NCBI GenBank assembly: GCA_964035545.1
Contig: CAXIUT010000286.1
Coordinates: forward strand, 1 to 36,876
Reading direction: 5' to 3'
Origin: Bugula neritina
Lineage: Eukaryota; Animalia; Bryozoa
Length of the DNA stretch: 36,876 nt
In this document: positions 23,775-36,786 of the stretch, piece after piece
Position numbering within the stretch: position 1 is the first letter of the stretch
Layout: every line of letters starts with the position of its first letter
Position numbers and translations under genes: made by a program
Notes under the pieces: model-generated
The model's input: only the letters and a program-made list of their open reading frames with translations
Database searches by the model: none
What the model was told of the DNA's origin: nothing

Positions 23775-24951
23775 ATGCAGAAGTTAACTAACCTATGTCG
23801 ACCTTTCTTCTCGACCATAACCCATCTACGAGGAAGTATTTATCTATTAACAGTAGAACCTCAACTAGTGGACACTAACAATGTCAAATTGCGAGGAATT
23901 CATATCAAATCGACAGCCGAGGACAGTCCCAATCTGATCTTTATGCCTGAGATATTCGACCAGGCTGAAAACTGGTTGAACTTCTTTAGCAATCCTCTCA
24001 ATAGAGTACAAAAATATATAACAATAGATCATCCATCAGAGAAATATCTATATTTTGTATCCAAGAAACTTCGGCAATTCCGACTACACCGATCGTTTTA
24101 CTTGGTAGGATGCCGCTAGTATCTAATAATTGATATTTAGATGATGTAGCTCGTTTCATGTATGATCACAAAATTTCAACAGCTACGATGGCTGGACACG
24201 GCATTGGTGGTAAAATAGCCCTAGCAGCTGCATGCTATCACATGAACCACGTAACTGGATATATTGGGCTGGATACTAGTCCTATGGACCAGTTCTATCA
24301 TGAACCTATCGCTGAGTTGAGAGATAATTTGGATTATTTGAGCAATATCGATCTCAATCGCACTTACAACGCTATCAGTCATGAGTTGAAGAATAGCATT
24401 GTTTGTCCTAAATGGCGTAGTATATTTTTGAACAACTTGGTGAAGGTCGAGGGCGGTTATACTTGGAATTTCAACTTTCCAGTAGTTCATCGTAACATGC
24501 AACATATAGGGCCATCGAATATAACAAGTTGGTATTCGAGTGTAGGTCTGTATCCCGGACGTGCCATGTTCGCCTTCCCTGAACATTCCAGATACGTGCA
24601 TCTGAGTACAAATACACTTCCTATGTATTCTATTTGTCCGAGACTGCAGGGCTTGAACGAGGACATCTTCGCTATCCAGGGAGACGATAATACTCAGAGT
24701 AGATAATTGGTTATGCAGGTCATTGGCTATACGAGTTGGAAGAGGAGAGCAATCCTTTTGCTTTTAGGATGGGATAATTTATCAAGCATTATGATGGAGT
24801 GCATGTTTTGTTGAAGAATCGTGACTAAGTGGGCAGTCACTATCTTCCTGATTTGAATGGTGCGAGAGTGGTGAGGGAGGATTTCGCTGGGGATCGCGCG
24901 CCGGCTCATTATCATCATGGGTGGAGATTTAACAAGGTTTATTAGAAATGA
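23775..24951 (+). CDS. ABHD11/YbfF-like alpha/beta-hydrolase-fold protein, probably mitochondrial, lacking the catalytic Ser; introns 23836-23856 (tentative), 24006-24027, 24119-24140, 24699-24718
   Basis: YPRNFGNS, DVARFM, AGHGIGGKIAL (normally GHSMGGK), GLDTSP, FLNNLVK...YTWNFN, HWLY; N-terminal MQKLTNLCRPFFST presequence-like. Confidence 0.82.
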
Positions 24952-24974
24952 TTTGAACTCTTAATGTTTGAATA

Positions 24975-25480
24975 TCATGGTAGGTTGATAGTTCTATCGG
25001 TTGATGGTTCTTTGCTGATATCTGAATCGAAAGTTGCCAGAGTTATTGGTCTTAGCTTGTTATCTCTAATATTATTTGTATATTTTTGATATTATTTTGT
25101 ATGATCTAAAAACTATGAATGGCTATTATTTTTTTATGAACTATTTGGTATTTTGTTTATAAGTTTATTTGTTAATTTTTATTTTATTTTATGGACTTAT
25201 TGGCATACTATGTCATACTATTTTTATTTATTTTTTAGGATTTTGTTTTATTGTTGGAGAATTGTGACTTATCTTTTTAGATGTGTTATTTGTTTTTGTT
25301 TATGGGTGCATCTGTTGCATGAATTTAGTGATTTGATAGACTGATTTTACCTGTTTGACTATTGATTATTAATAGTTGTTCTATCATTATTTTATAACAC
25401 AGTATTTATATTTTTTATCTTATTTTGTTTCAAATATGGGTTATCTATTATGATTTGTATTGACAATTTTGTAGATAGAT
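24975..25480 (-). CDS. Hypothetical small coiled-coil-like protein; start not found
   Basis: Open frame CNRCTHKQKQITHLKREVTILQQENKILKNKE... ending TGAT at 24975. Confidence 0.35.
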
Positions 25481-25538
25481 GATCGATAATATCATAGATA
25501 GGAATTGATTTTCAAAGAACTATAATAAAATTATCACG

Positions 25539-26354
25539 ATGTCAATAGTCTCCGGTCGTTCGACTCATAAAAATACAGTAACACCATCTCAGACTAAATA
25601 TTCTTATCAATTTTCAAAAACACCACGCTTCCCTCATCCAAACCCTAAGTACATCTAATTCCAATATAGTTGTCCATAGGCATTTTATGGTTATAATTCT
25701 TAGCTATCAAAAGAAGAACTAGTCTAGGTTATGGTAAAAAGGTAGATTTTGCCTCATTTCTACCATCAACTCCTGCAGCCAATCGCTACAACTTATAGCT
25801 GGGAATGAAATAAACTAAGGGTAAAAGTTTTGGGTGTGCTAGATAGAAATCACCTGATCGTTCTTATGTGGTGCCACAAATCCAGGTTCATCCGGGTGTG
25901 GGGCAGGTACTGCTACTAAATAATTTAGTATTAAAATCAGGTGAATACAAGGATGCAGCAGAGTTACTCACTTCATGCTAAAACTATTGATGTGATAGAT
26001 AAGCATCAGATGAAAAATTATACGCCTGGACCTGGAACATACTAATCTATTGATTTTTAAAATAGAAGTGGTCGATATGAGTGCAGTAAATATTCTGATT
26101 CAAAATTTGGAAAGATCGATCCTACTCTTTAAAGGTTTCCTAAAGTCAAGCAGAGTCCAGGGCCGTCGACTTACAACAACGGTGATGGGTAGTTGGGTTC
26201 AGGTCATTATACGTTATCGAGACATACTGGTAAAGGAGGTCGTGTATTTGGTCGTGAGGGTAGGTTTACTTGTGATCATTGGCGTTCACCAACAAATCCT
26301 GGTCCATCGAATTATGACATACCAACTGAATTTGGATAGATAGAGGCATAATGA
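25539..26354 (+). CDS. STPG/ODF3-like (SHIPPO PGP-repeat) ciliary microtubule-associated protein; introns 25649-25669 and 25907-25928; one-base deletion near 25711
   Basis: Repeats HPGVGQY, TPGPGTY, SPGPSTY, NPGPSNY, plus TSLGYGKK and FGREGRF. Confidence 0.78.
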
Positions 26355-26366
26355 TTTTTATAATAA

Positions 26367-27016
26367 TCACCTTGTAAAAATTTAGATAAAATCACGGATG
26401 TTATTTAATTCATATTATTCCATCACATTTTTAATTTATTTGTTAGTTGTTAAAATAGGTGGTTAAATTGTAGCAAAGTCTAGGTATTTTGATTTTATTT
26501 TGGTCGCCATAAATTGTTGTAAAAGTATTTGAGAAGATGTTAGTGGATGTCGAAATATGTCCATTCATTTTATGATAGCATTCTGCAAAAATTTTTAAGA
26601 GCTCTGCGATTGCAGTATATTCCCATATCTTTTGTTGGGATAAGAAAATCTGCTAAATGGAAATATTTCTTCATGAAAAATGCAATGTTTATGGCTGTTA
26701 TGGCAAAGAAAAAACCAGCTTTATCTTTTTACATGATCTGAACGAGAGGTCTGTTTCTCTTTACGAATCTTAGAATGATTTGGAGACTGAGGACTCCACC
26801 GCCTCGGAAGTCGCTTTACGGATATTGTCCTTGGAAGCCTAATCTGAGCCATTACTTTCCTGATTTCTTAGGTTCTGTTTGGAAGTATTCGGAGTAGAGT
26901 GCGTTGACCAGATCCCAGCGTTCTTGGTTTTCGAAGAGGATATTGGCTTATGTTTTTAGTTAATAGAATTTTTGCAGTTCTGAGGAAGTGAGGTATAATT
27001 TTAGCAAAACAGACAT
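26367..27016 (-). CDS. ELMO/CED-12 domain protein (ELMOD-like, putative Arf-family GAP); both ends approximate
   Basis: WLRLGFQGQYPESDFRGGGVLSL and FFFAITAINI match the ELMO domain; stop at 26423 as read, or at 26367 if one A is missing; the frame is also open upstream of the ATG. Confidence 0.82.
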
Positions 27017-27178
27017 TCTCTCCAATGTTTGCTCTGAACATGCGTTTCTGGTTATGTATGTAAAAGTGTTGTTTATGCTTTCATTGAAATTTCGATTTAT
27101 AAAGCTATAAGGTCTTATCGTTGATATGATGTTTATATGATTAAAAAGGATATGTAAACTTATCAATATTTATATGTA

Positions 27179-28147
27179 TCAAAGGAAGTATGGGAGGACG
27201 TTTTTGAAGTGCACGCTTTTCATTGATTCTGGTACTGTTTTGAATATTTTGAATTATTTCTAGCCTGTCTATTTTACCTCCATTATTGCTGCTAAATTAT
27301 TGCATCTGTAGCAGTAGTTGGGCGCTGACCATACAGTCACTAAATTCTTATCTTTGAACCAATGTATGTATCCTTATTGCACGAGTTGATGTGCCCTGGC
27401 GATCAGTTCTAATCCATTGATATGACAGAAATCATTGGTAACTTTAGAACCGAACACCCAACCTGCTCCTCTGGCGTTGATTGCCCAATCTTAGATGTCT
27501 TAGGGTCGGACCACATCAAATCACAGAATGGACCTTCATGTGGGATCTATATTCTGCGGTCGATTGTTCTGATTTGGTCGATTGTTTTGATCTAGGGAGA
27601 GAGACCGCCATGCACGCAGAAGACTTTGCCTGAATAGATTGAGGAATACCATCGATGACTGCTCCGATGGGAGGTAGTCGAAGACCTAGGTGCAGTATTT
27701 CCAGGGATTGGGATTTCCATATTTTCTGTTGATTTCATCATAGAAACCATAACTGTGGTAATTTGTCTACCTAATAGATAAAGTACCTGGATTCGTGGTT
27801 TCCTCTTAGAAGTGTTATTTTCTCAGGATATTTGACTTTCAGACAGAGCAGGTACTAGAAGGTTTCAACTGAGTGATAGCCTCTATCAACAAAATCACCG
27901 ATGAAGATGTAGTTACTGTGTTCGATGTCGCCTCCTGAGTGGATGTATTTGTACCTGTTCTGAATAGTTAGAGCACGTCGTAGAATTGGCCGTGGACATC
28001 ACCGCAGACTGTGACTGGGGATCGAACTGGTTGGACGTTGGACTATTCGAGGAAGATTTCTTTGGCTTTTTAGCATAAGTGGCGTAGATCTTTTTCGTGA
28101 AGGCATTTTGCTTCGAGGAGATCGGCTATGCATTGATCGATGTTCAT
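27179..28147 (-). CDS. PPP6C: Ser/Thr protein phosphatase 6 catalytic subunit (Sit4-like); three 20-nt introns (27630-27649, 27767-27786, 27935-27954); three one-base deletions
   Basis: [79 protein letters not shown]-terminal PYFL. Confidence 0.9.
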
Positions 28148-28436
28148 CTTTTTTCAAATTTACTCAAATATGATTCAATTATACGCTAACAACTAGACCC
28201 ACACACTTATGTCCTCTCTTATTTCTAACTACCAGGCATCAATAGATAGAAGATGAAGTGTTTGACTGTATCAGTCTACTATTTCCCCCAAATGGAAGAT
28301 TCATGACCTTATTTTTTCAAATCTTCTCAAAAAAAAATCAAAATCAAAAACGATATCTAATCATGTCCAATTCTTAATCGATGAATCAAAAGAGATAGAT
28401 CTAACATATGATAATCTATGACATTATTTTTTATAA

Positions 28437-29163
28437 TCATTGCCACAACTTCTAATTTTTTCTTTCTCTAAACTATCTGAAATCCCAATCAGATTGTACC
28501 TTTTCAGGTATTGAGATCTCTACTCCATTGGCTGTTACGCATGCGAATTGTATTTGATCGTTGAGTGGCAATCTCTCTAGTAGATGACTGTCCAACATTT
28601 ATGTATGATTTTTTTGCATTACTACATAGGTAGTTATGGATTCCAGTTGTTGGCGATGGTGGCCAATCCAAAATATTTAGAGAACCCGGCAGCAACATAA
28701 TCTTTTTTTATATGCGTGCCAAACAAATCAATACTTGATAGGAAAGGCTGGTTGTTCTAGTAGCCAGCGATGACGAAGTTGTTGTAGAAGGGATTTTGCT
28801 TGTTTCTTCTTTGGTAGCTCAAAGAGGCAAGGTAGTTGGCATACTCTGAGACGGAGTAGTTGATGTTGTCATCGTGGAGGTAGCTGTCTTGGTTGAGTTA
28901 TTTTAGTTGGCGGGTGGCTTCTTGGAAATCTGCGAATTAACCGGTTGCTGTTATCACTAAGTTGTTTGATATTTATTCGAATCTATTCACTCCTTGGTAT
29001 TCTTGGTTATATGGGTAGTACTGAGCAATCCGCCATAGGAGAGGAGGGTATCAGTGGCAAGTATGACACCTTCTCTGCATTTCAACCCGATGACTGCGCC
29101 GCCGGTGACGTATGGTTGCACGAGGTGTCCGATGGGATCGGCTTCTGAGGGATGTTTGTGCAT
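28437..29163 (-). CDS. PSMB4: 20S proteasome subunit beta7 (Pre4); 20-nt intron 29002-29021; one-base deletion near 28561
   Basis: QPYVTGGAVIGLK..GVILATDTLLSYGGL, ATGEFADFQ, YQRRNKQNPFYN..VIAG, IDLFGT, VIYERD. Confidence 0.9.
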
Positions 29164-29230
29164 TTAAATATTTTTTAAATTAGAAGGTGATTAAATAAAT
29201 TTAGGATGGCTTGATTACAATAGTTTTATT

Positions 29231-30312
29231 ATGTAGAGTAGGAAGAGAGGACATTCCAGTATCCAGCCCTCACTGAATAGATCATTTAGAATCGGCGGAT
29301 CACTGGCCTAGGAGAACTAGGTGAAGCAATTCAACAAACAGCGTAACAATCGTTCGATGGCTCCCTCGCAGCCGCATAGAATAGAGTTACCTTTATTTTT
29401 TAATACTCCATCAAGAGTTATGCAGGAACAGTCGCTTCTGAATAAAACTACCAACAACCAGTAAGAACATAAAACTGATAAAATTGATAATAGCACTTAT
29501 ATAACTGTTCGTCGGAGGTTGAAAGATTACTAGATGTTGGCTTTTGGATGTCGACGTGCCGGAAAGGTGAGAGATTAAGGCAGGGCATACTATTCAATAG
29601 GTGTGTTGCTGGATAATATCAAAAAGTACAAGAAAGCTGTAGAATATTATCTTAAATTTTTGCAAGTGTGTAAAAGTATCAGTGATAGTCATGGGTAGGC
29701 TTTGGCCTATAATTGTATAGGCGTTGATTATCAGTTGTTGGGCTAGGCTGATTTGTAGTTGACAAAGAAAGCTATTGAATATCACACTTTGCATTAAAAC
29801 TTGGCTGATGTGAATGGTAAATTTCTAGCTGCTATAAATTTGGGACTTTGCTGGGACAGGTTGGGTGATAGCAAAAATAGTATATACTATTTCCAAAACG
29901 CCTTGAAGTATTCTATTCAGATGAGCAATGTGAGTGGTCAGTCTGTCGCTATGGGTAACATCGGCAAGATCGGTACTAAGGATTTATCTGACAATAAGGA
30001 CAAGATGAAGATATTTGTGGAGAAGTATTTGCAGTTGTCGGCGGATATCCATGATGAGCGGGCTGAGATGGAGGGGTGTTTGAAGTTGGGCATGATATCT
30101 AGTACTAAAAAGAATTTCTAGGAGGGAAGGATAATTTCAGAAGGGCTTTGGAGCTGGCAGAGGAGACGGGGAATAAGGAGGTGTATAATTAGGCCAAATT
30201 CGGGTATGCTGTGGTTGCCGCCGAGAAGGGCATGAACAATTTCCTGGGATATTATTCTTCTAAGTTGGAAAGAGGAGCATCTATTGATTTGTCTATTTTG
30301 ATTGAAATCTGA
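29231..30312 (+). CDS. Tetratricopeptide-repeat protein (TTC28/TTC29-like repeats); one-base deletion near 30127
   Basis: EGRAYYSIGVLLD...AVEYYLKFL, EALAYNCIGVDY...AIEYHTLH, AAINLGLCW...SIYYFQNAL, QSVAMGNIG. Confidence 0.82.
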
Positions 30313-30428
30313 TTCGATACATACTGTTGAATGGCATGAACATAGATATGATACTATATGATCTTCATGCTTGATATGATGTTCATGGATTGTTTGATAA
30401 TGTGATTGTATATTTAAGACTATACAGA

Positions 30429-30739
30429 TCATGCGATTTTCTTTTAGTTGAGGACTTTTTGAAGTGCAGCGTCGCCCATACCTGAAGAACGTACGAATCC
30501 TGAAATGGTGACGAGATTGGGTTTTCCGAGGTTGATGGTTCCGTCTTAATTGAGCTAGATAGCTAAGATGATACATCGCAGATGGAGAGCATGATGGAGG
30601 AGTGATCTTTGGAGGGGACCATTCTATCGGTGTAATCACATTTTCTTGGCAGGTAGATATCAGTCATCTTGTTGTCGAGGTTGACACAGCCTTTCATTCT
30701 AGTCTAGTTGCATCTTTGTCTTCCTGCTTACATACTCAT
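30429..30739 (-). CDS. RPS21: 40S ribosomal protein eS21, 96 aa; 20-nt intron 30555-30574
   Basis: TDIYLPRKCDYTDRMVPSKDHSSIMLSICDL...ISGFVRSSGMGDAAL. Confidence 0.92.
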
Positions 30740-30944
30740 GGCTAATAATATTTAATTATTTAATCTATTATCTTACCCTCACTTATTTACTACCTCAAAT
30801 CAACTCATTTATCTATCTATTTTATCAGATCTCAACTATTAATCATTTGATCTGACTGTTATATGCTACATATGAAATCATATGCGAAGTTGATAATTTG
30901 TATGTGATTTATAAGTGCAGTATGAGCGCTTATTATCATTATTG

Positions 30945-32497
30945 ATGTTTAATCGTGGGGGGTAGTAGCAGCCGGTATTCAAGAACAAGCGAGACGCGTA
31001 GGTCTAGAAAATAAGGAAGGGCAATCGTGATGACATCTTCTCTCGTAAAAGAAATAAACTCAATCAAGAACCTAACTAAAAAATAGATTATGAATCAAAT
31101 CATAAATAAAAGTTACTGGTGGTTGACTAGCGCTATCGTAGTGAAATATAGACGTACCTTTACATTTATTTTATAGATTTTTGAGGACGGGGTATTCTAT
31201 GGATAGTTTTACTGAGTTGATCAATGCATTTAATGATCAGAATGTCATCCAGCAGCATTATGGTATAATCGGTGTTAGAAAAATTTTATCAATTGCTTAA
31301 AATCCACCCATCCAGGCAGTCATCGATGCCGGCCTGGTGCCCAGACTGATATAATATGTCAAACAGCAGTAATATCCACAACTACGCTTGTAGGCTACTT
31401 GGGCCCTAACGAACATTGCCTCAGGAACCACCATTCAGTGTCAAAGTATAATCGATAAAGGAGGGATACCACTGTTTGTTGGTTTGTTGCTTGAAGAGAA
31501 TGCTGGTATTGCTGAGCAGGCTATCTGGGCGATCGGTAACATCGCATCTGATTGCATTTTTTACAGAGATACGATCATCCGGGCGGGTGGACTGGTCAAT
31601 TTGGTTACTCGGGTGAGCAAAACCAACTAGTAGACTTTGATCAAGCATGGATGTTGGGCTTTGAGCAACTTATGCCGTGGAAGTCCTTTGCCTAAATACG
31701 ATCTCATCAAACTGGCAATACCTGTTCTCTGCCATAGTATTGCTACTGGTCGTTTGTCGGATAAGTAGATAATCGCTGATTGTTGCTGGGCCATTTCTTA
31801 TCATTCCGATGCCAATAAGAACAAGATTCAGATGGTGATAGAATCGAAGGTGATTCCCAAGATAATAGCCAATTTCGATGATAGTAATATGGGTATTTTG
31901 GTGCCTTCTATAAGAATATTAGGTAACATATCGACTGGATCTGCCTAACATACCAACTAGCTGTTGTCTTATGGCTTGCTTGCTCCTTTGTAGCGTGTCT
32001 TGTAGCATCATAAGAAAGTGGTGAGGAGGGAGGCGTGTTGGGTGATATCCAACATCTGCGCAGGCAACCGCGCGCAAGTCGAAGCCGTACTCTCACGCTA
32101 GCAACTGCTCAAACGGGTCCTCGAGCTGTTCTAGACAGATGGCAATGACGTCCGCAGGTAGATATGTTATGTCTTTTCGAATATGTCGCATGCGGGCGAG
32201 CCGAATCACATCTTCAACATCTACAAGCAGACGAATATAATTCGTTATTATGTGAACTGTTTGACGGTGGAGGAGCATAAGACTGTGGAGGTGGCTTTGG
32301 AGTGTTTGCATTTGGTGTTGGGTCATGGGTAGAAGTTTAAAGGTGAGAATGGGAATGCTTTGGTGATGGATTTGAGGCAGTTGTCTGCGGTGGATATTTT
32401 GTAGAAGTTGCAGTATCATAAATCTGATATTGTCTATGAAAATGTTAGCAAAATATTGCAGACTTATTTTGAAATACAGGATCCCCTCGAATTGTGA
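30945..32497 (+). CDS. KPNA: Importin alpha (karyopherin alpha), 509 aa; 23-nt intron 31154-31176
   Basis: IBB-like [14 protein letters not shown]; [69 protein letters not shown]. Confidence 0.94.
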
Positions 32498-32619
32498 TCT
32501 TTATGTCTTTATGATTGTATAGTTAGAGTTATTGATCTTAAAGTATGATCTTATTGATATATTTATGAACCAAATGGTCTTGTATTATTGATATTTTATT
32601 TAAAATGACAAGTTGTCGA

Positions 32620-33675
32620 TCACTGTTTGACTACTTTGGCTTTCTCTGCTTCTTCAGCTTATCTTTTTCTTTTTCTTTATTCTTGTTCTTGTTTGGAAGT
32701 ATATACAAATTCTTGCTCTTTCCTTTAAAATCGTTTCTCTTGTTATGACTTCTGCAAAGGTGCAAATTTAGGCTGCCCTACTTAAACTTTTTTAGCCGCT
32801 ACACTCTCTACCTGTTCTGCTTTCGCTGCCCATCCTGACACTTTGAATTCTTATTGTTTATTTTGCTGTACATCGCTTTTCCCTTTCCCTAGCCATCCAG
32901 TATTATTCTGTCCTTTTAGCACCAAATCAGGCACTTATCTTTTCTTCTACAATTACTATTATTTGAGTTGCTGTGGTGTCTTTTACAGAGGCACAAAATT
33001 TTGTCCCTTAGAGTTCATGAAAACAGGTGGACTGATAGCAATGCCTGATGGTATATTAGTAACAATGGGTGCATTTTATGGTTTTCTTAAATTAAGCATA
33101 GGTCCATTGACATCGACTCTATCTTTGTTGTCTTTGACCAGTGGTGCAAATTTGACACCACCAACTTCTTATACCTGTGGTGGTTAATTTGCTTTTTATT
33201 ATGCTTATTTTTTGGCTTTCTAAATATCTATCTAATTACTTCTTCAAGTTATTGGTTGAGTTTTGTGTCAGTAAGACTGGTAAATTAGGTTTAGTGTTTT
33301 TTGCCATCCCAATCTTTTTTGAATACATTTTTGATTTATGATTAGTTGACGACCCAGCTGGTTATTTTTGGTTTATCTTATTACTTTTTTTATATTTTAA
33401 TATTCGTAACATCAATTTATTTCTATTATAGTTTACTTGCCTGCATCTTCTTTGGATGTTTAGTTGTACTAGTTGTCTATTTTTAATCACTTCATATCTT
33501 TATATTTACTAATTTATATCAACAAGTGCCTCGTTTATATCTTATTCTTACTCCTACTTCTTCTTTTTTTGCTATCCTTTTGGCTATTTCTATTTTATAC
33601 TATCAATACATCTTTCTTTGTATCTTTCTTGCTGTCTGGTTTGCCCTATTTCTTATTTTTCAATCCTTTCAACAT
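32620..33675 (-). CDS. Hypothetical K/E-rich, probably disordered protein, 331 aa; three 20-nt introns (33220-33239, 33490-33509, 33590-33609)
   Basis: Removing three canonical GTA..AG 20-mers gives one uninterrupted ATG-to-TGAT frame. Confidence 0.72.
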
Positions 33676-33821
33676 TGCTCCCTTTCTATAATAAATCAAA
33701 TTATCAAATATTTTATAAACTATAAATTCCCTCCTTTTTATCATCTTATTAATTCCAATAAACTCAATATTTTAGATATTATACCATCTATATCAAACGA
33801 TTAAGCCAAAAATAATAAAAA

Positions 33822-34850
33822 ATGATAAGCAATGCCTTCGATATGGGTTGCAGATTGATTGATGGGGTTGATTTGGCGTAAATGGTGGTTATTTCATACG
33901 TGAAAGGATGTGTTATGAATAAATAAAATGTCTATTGAATATTAATTATATTCGATGTCAGCCACCAATCAGATAATTATCCCTGTGGTGGGAAATCGTT
34001 CTTGTTTGTAGCATCAGAATGTCTATTCATTGTCCGAGAGTCATAACACTCCTACCAAACCATCAACTTCAACGCATTGCCTGCCGTGGAAAAAAACTAA
34101 TAGCGCCTTCAAAAATTCAAAGAGAGAAAAGATAAAAAAAATCTACTCATTCTACAAGATCAAAATTAATCATAAAATCATCATCCTATTACCCCCACCA
34201 AATGGTTCAAGTTAATTAGAAGCTAGCCCAAAATACAACTATCTATCAAATAAAATATAGATATTAATAGATGCGGATTAGGATATTTTGATCCCAACTA
34301 GGCTCCTCTCTATGGCAGTCTATCAGTTGAAAGCTAGCCGATTGAGAGAGAGGAGATCTTATCAAGTTTGAAGAAAAAAATATCAAAGTCAAATATGAAA
34401 ATTGAATAATAGCCTCTTTAAGTCAAATTGGTTAAAATATAACCGATTCCTATCAAAATAGACTAGTCTTTCAGTCCACCCAAAAGAGGACATCCTGACG
34501 ACCCATTTATCATTGTGAGGACCAACAGTAAGCAAAAACGTATGATTTTACTTATATGTAGTGGGCAAGGCCAAGACCAAGTACATAAAGAAGGAAAGGA
34601 GCGGTTTGAAGAGTCGGAGTTGGTGTTGAATGATAGTTCTTTGAAGAACATACTGTTGAGGAAGCAGGTGAAGGGAGAAGGGGCGGTTGAGGGGCAGCGT
34701 ACTGGTTTTTCTGCTGCTTTGGATGTGCGTCGTTCGAACTAGTCTTTGTGTTCTGAGGAGAAGGGGTATAGTTTGGTGATCGAGATATCGTCGTCTTCGG
34801 TGTGCGAGGGGTGGTCGCAGGGAGAGGCGAATAGCATATAATGTGATTGA
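33822..34850 (+). CDS. Hypothetical protein (~342 codons) with one in-frame TGA at 33936
   Basis: Single frame from ATG 33822 to TGA 34848, broken only by NKENVY[TGA]ILIIFD; possible 22-nt intron at 34540-34561; no homology recognised. Confidence 0.45.
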
Positions 34851-34876
34851 ATGAATATTATAGAATATAAGTTCTA

Positions 34877-36722
34877 ATGAAAACAGTCACTCATCTGACT
34901 TCTGTTTTTAATATTCCTGAGTGCGAGGACTAGTAGTTGGATTTCAGGAAGATGTACGAGAAGTAGAAGAAGATGCGTGTGTTCTACTAGCGGAAGACTC
35001 GTGAATTGTAGACGAAGGTGCGAGGTTTGATGCGGGACAAAAACATAATAAATGCTCGTTATAAGCAGCATGAGGTGCAGGAGATGATGGATGACATTCG
35101 TTCTTTTAAGAGTATGTTGCCCAATTCTGTAAAGCAGATTGATTATGTGGACAGTGAGGGATCTATTGATGAGAATGTGCCGCCTCCTTTGATTAAATAA
35201 TGGGCTATTTATGGGCTCAGTTAGTAGGAAATTTCAGAATGTGTTGAAAATTAACGATATCCTGCTGGAACTATCAGTAGCAACTACAAACCATCACAGA
35301 TAGTGTAGCATAGTTCCAAGTTGGTTTTCCCATCTGGAACAGGAATCAAGCATTATAGTTCTAAAGCTGCTCTTTAGTGCAGTTTGGACATCATGAACTT
35401 GTCTAAATAGAAGTTAAAGAGTTTTATCTTAATTTTCTAGCCGACTTCTTTTGGTAAAAAACGAGTTAAAGACTCATCGAAAGGCATGTAGATAGTAAAT
35501 TTGTTGAATTCTGAGCGAAGGGTCTATGCCGTGTGCATTTAGTTGGACTAGTTTACAATAATGAGTGAAGGACCTCAGATGATCGAGATGAAAACTGCTA
35601 GAAAATCATTATAGAAATCAGTTAAAATCAATTAAAATCACTAGAATAAATAATAATCAGAATTATCAATCATAGTTTCTAAGAGGATATATGGGATATT
35701 TTCATATTACCCATTTTTTGGATTTTTCTAATAGTTGCTTAAAAGTTTATTATACGGGGTAAAAGTCTAGCGCTATATTCGATATAAATAAGGAGGATAG
35801 AATTTGAGTCTGGTTGATAGTCGTGCTCACAGCATCATGATGAAAAATGCACTATAGTAGTTGCGTAAGGAAACTATTGGTAAAAATATTGTGTTAGATA
35901 AATTGATTGATTTTTCTGTTTGTGGAAGTAATAAGGCTTACCTGCAGTTGAGTAAGTAGTCATTGACTTTTTGTATGGCTTAGGAGTGGGCGTATTATGT
36001 GTTGTCTTTGTTTACTTTGGATATCTTTTTGGATTTGTTGACTTTGATGGTGCTTGAGGAGAAGATGGTTTTTGTGTGTACTAATCCTGCCATACTGACT
36101 CATGCCATATTTTTGTTTACTAATGTGTTGATTCGACCGTTCTAGTATCCATATCCGGTGGTTCCTTTGATTCCTGACCAAGAATAATATCTAAATGCTC
36201 CGTTTCCTGTTGTTATGGGTATTTGAAGAGTAAATAGGAGGTATTGGCTGCTAAATTGCCAAAGAAGTACAAGAACGTGTATGTATTTTTCTAGCCGAAA
36301 GGAGTATAGATATTTTCCTAGGAAGACAAGAGGAAGCAATTGGGTAAGAAATCACCAAAACTACGTGACAAATTGATCCCGAAATTCAAGAAGATGCGTA
36401 AAAACTATCCATCAAGTTTTTTTAATTTCATGCAAAAGAAAACAGAATAATTCTAGTATCCAGTCAACATCTAGCTATCAAGGGAGATCATTAGTTGCGT
36501 ATTTGAGTATATTCAGGCGGATATTTATCATAAGTTGCGAATGAGGAGACGATATAGAGGATTAAGAATCAGTTGTTGAGTATTCAAGATATTTAGGAGG
36601 AAGATATCAATCATGAGATATTTGTGAAGATTAAGGAGGAGTATAGTTGGAGAAGTAAGGATCCTTTCTATATTGCGTTTTTGGAGACGCAGATGCTTAA
36701 TTTACATATCTTCAAGTATTGA
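34877..36722 (+). CDS. DENN-domain protein (putative Rab GEF); one-base deletions near 36223 and 36538
   Basis: LVFPSG, RVYAVCI, IFSYYPFFGFFEELL, LMVLEEKMVFV, IRPFEYPYPVVPLIP..YLNAPFPVVMG, dDENN-like FLETQML. Confidence 0.85.
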
Positions 36723-36786
36723 TATTCTTTATTTATCTATATTATTCAATAAATAATCAACTGTAGTATATCTTTAAAAAAGCATA

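Noticed and set aside
36224-36226. Apparent in-frame TGA in the DENN gene
   Set aside because: The downstream protein-like sequence continues in a shifted frame; the TGA arises from a missing T in ATT-TTG, so it is not evidence for UGA recoding.
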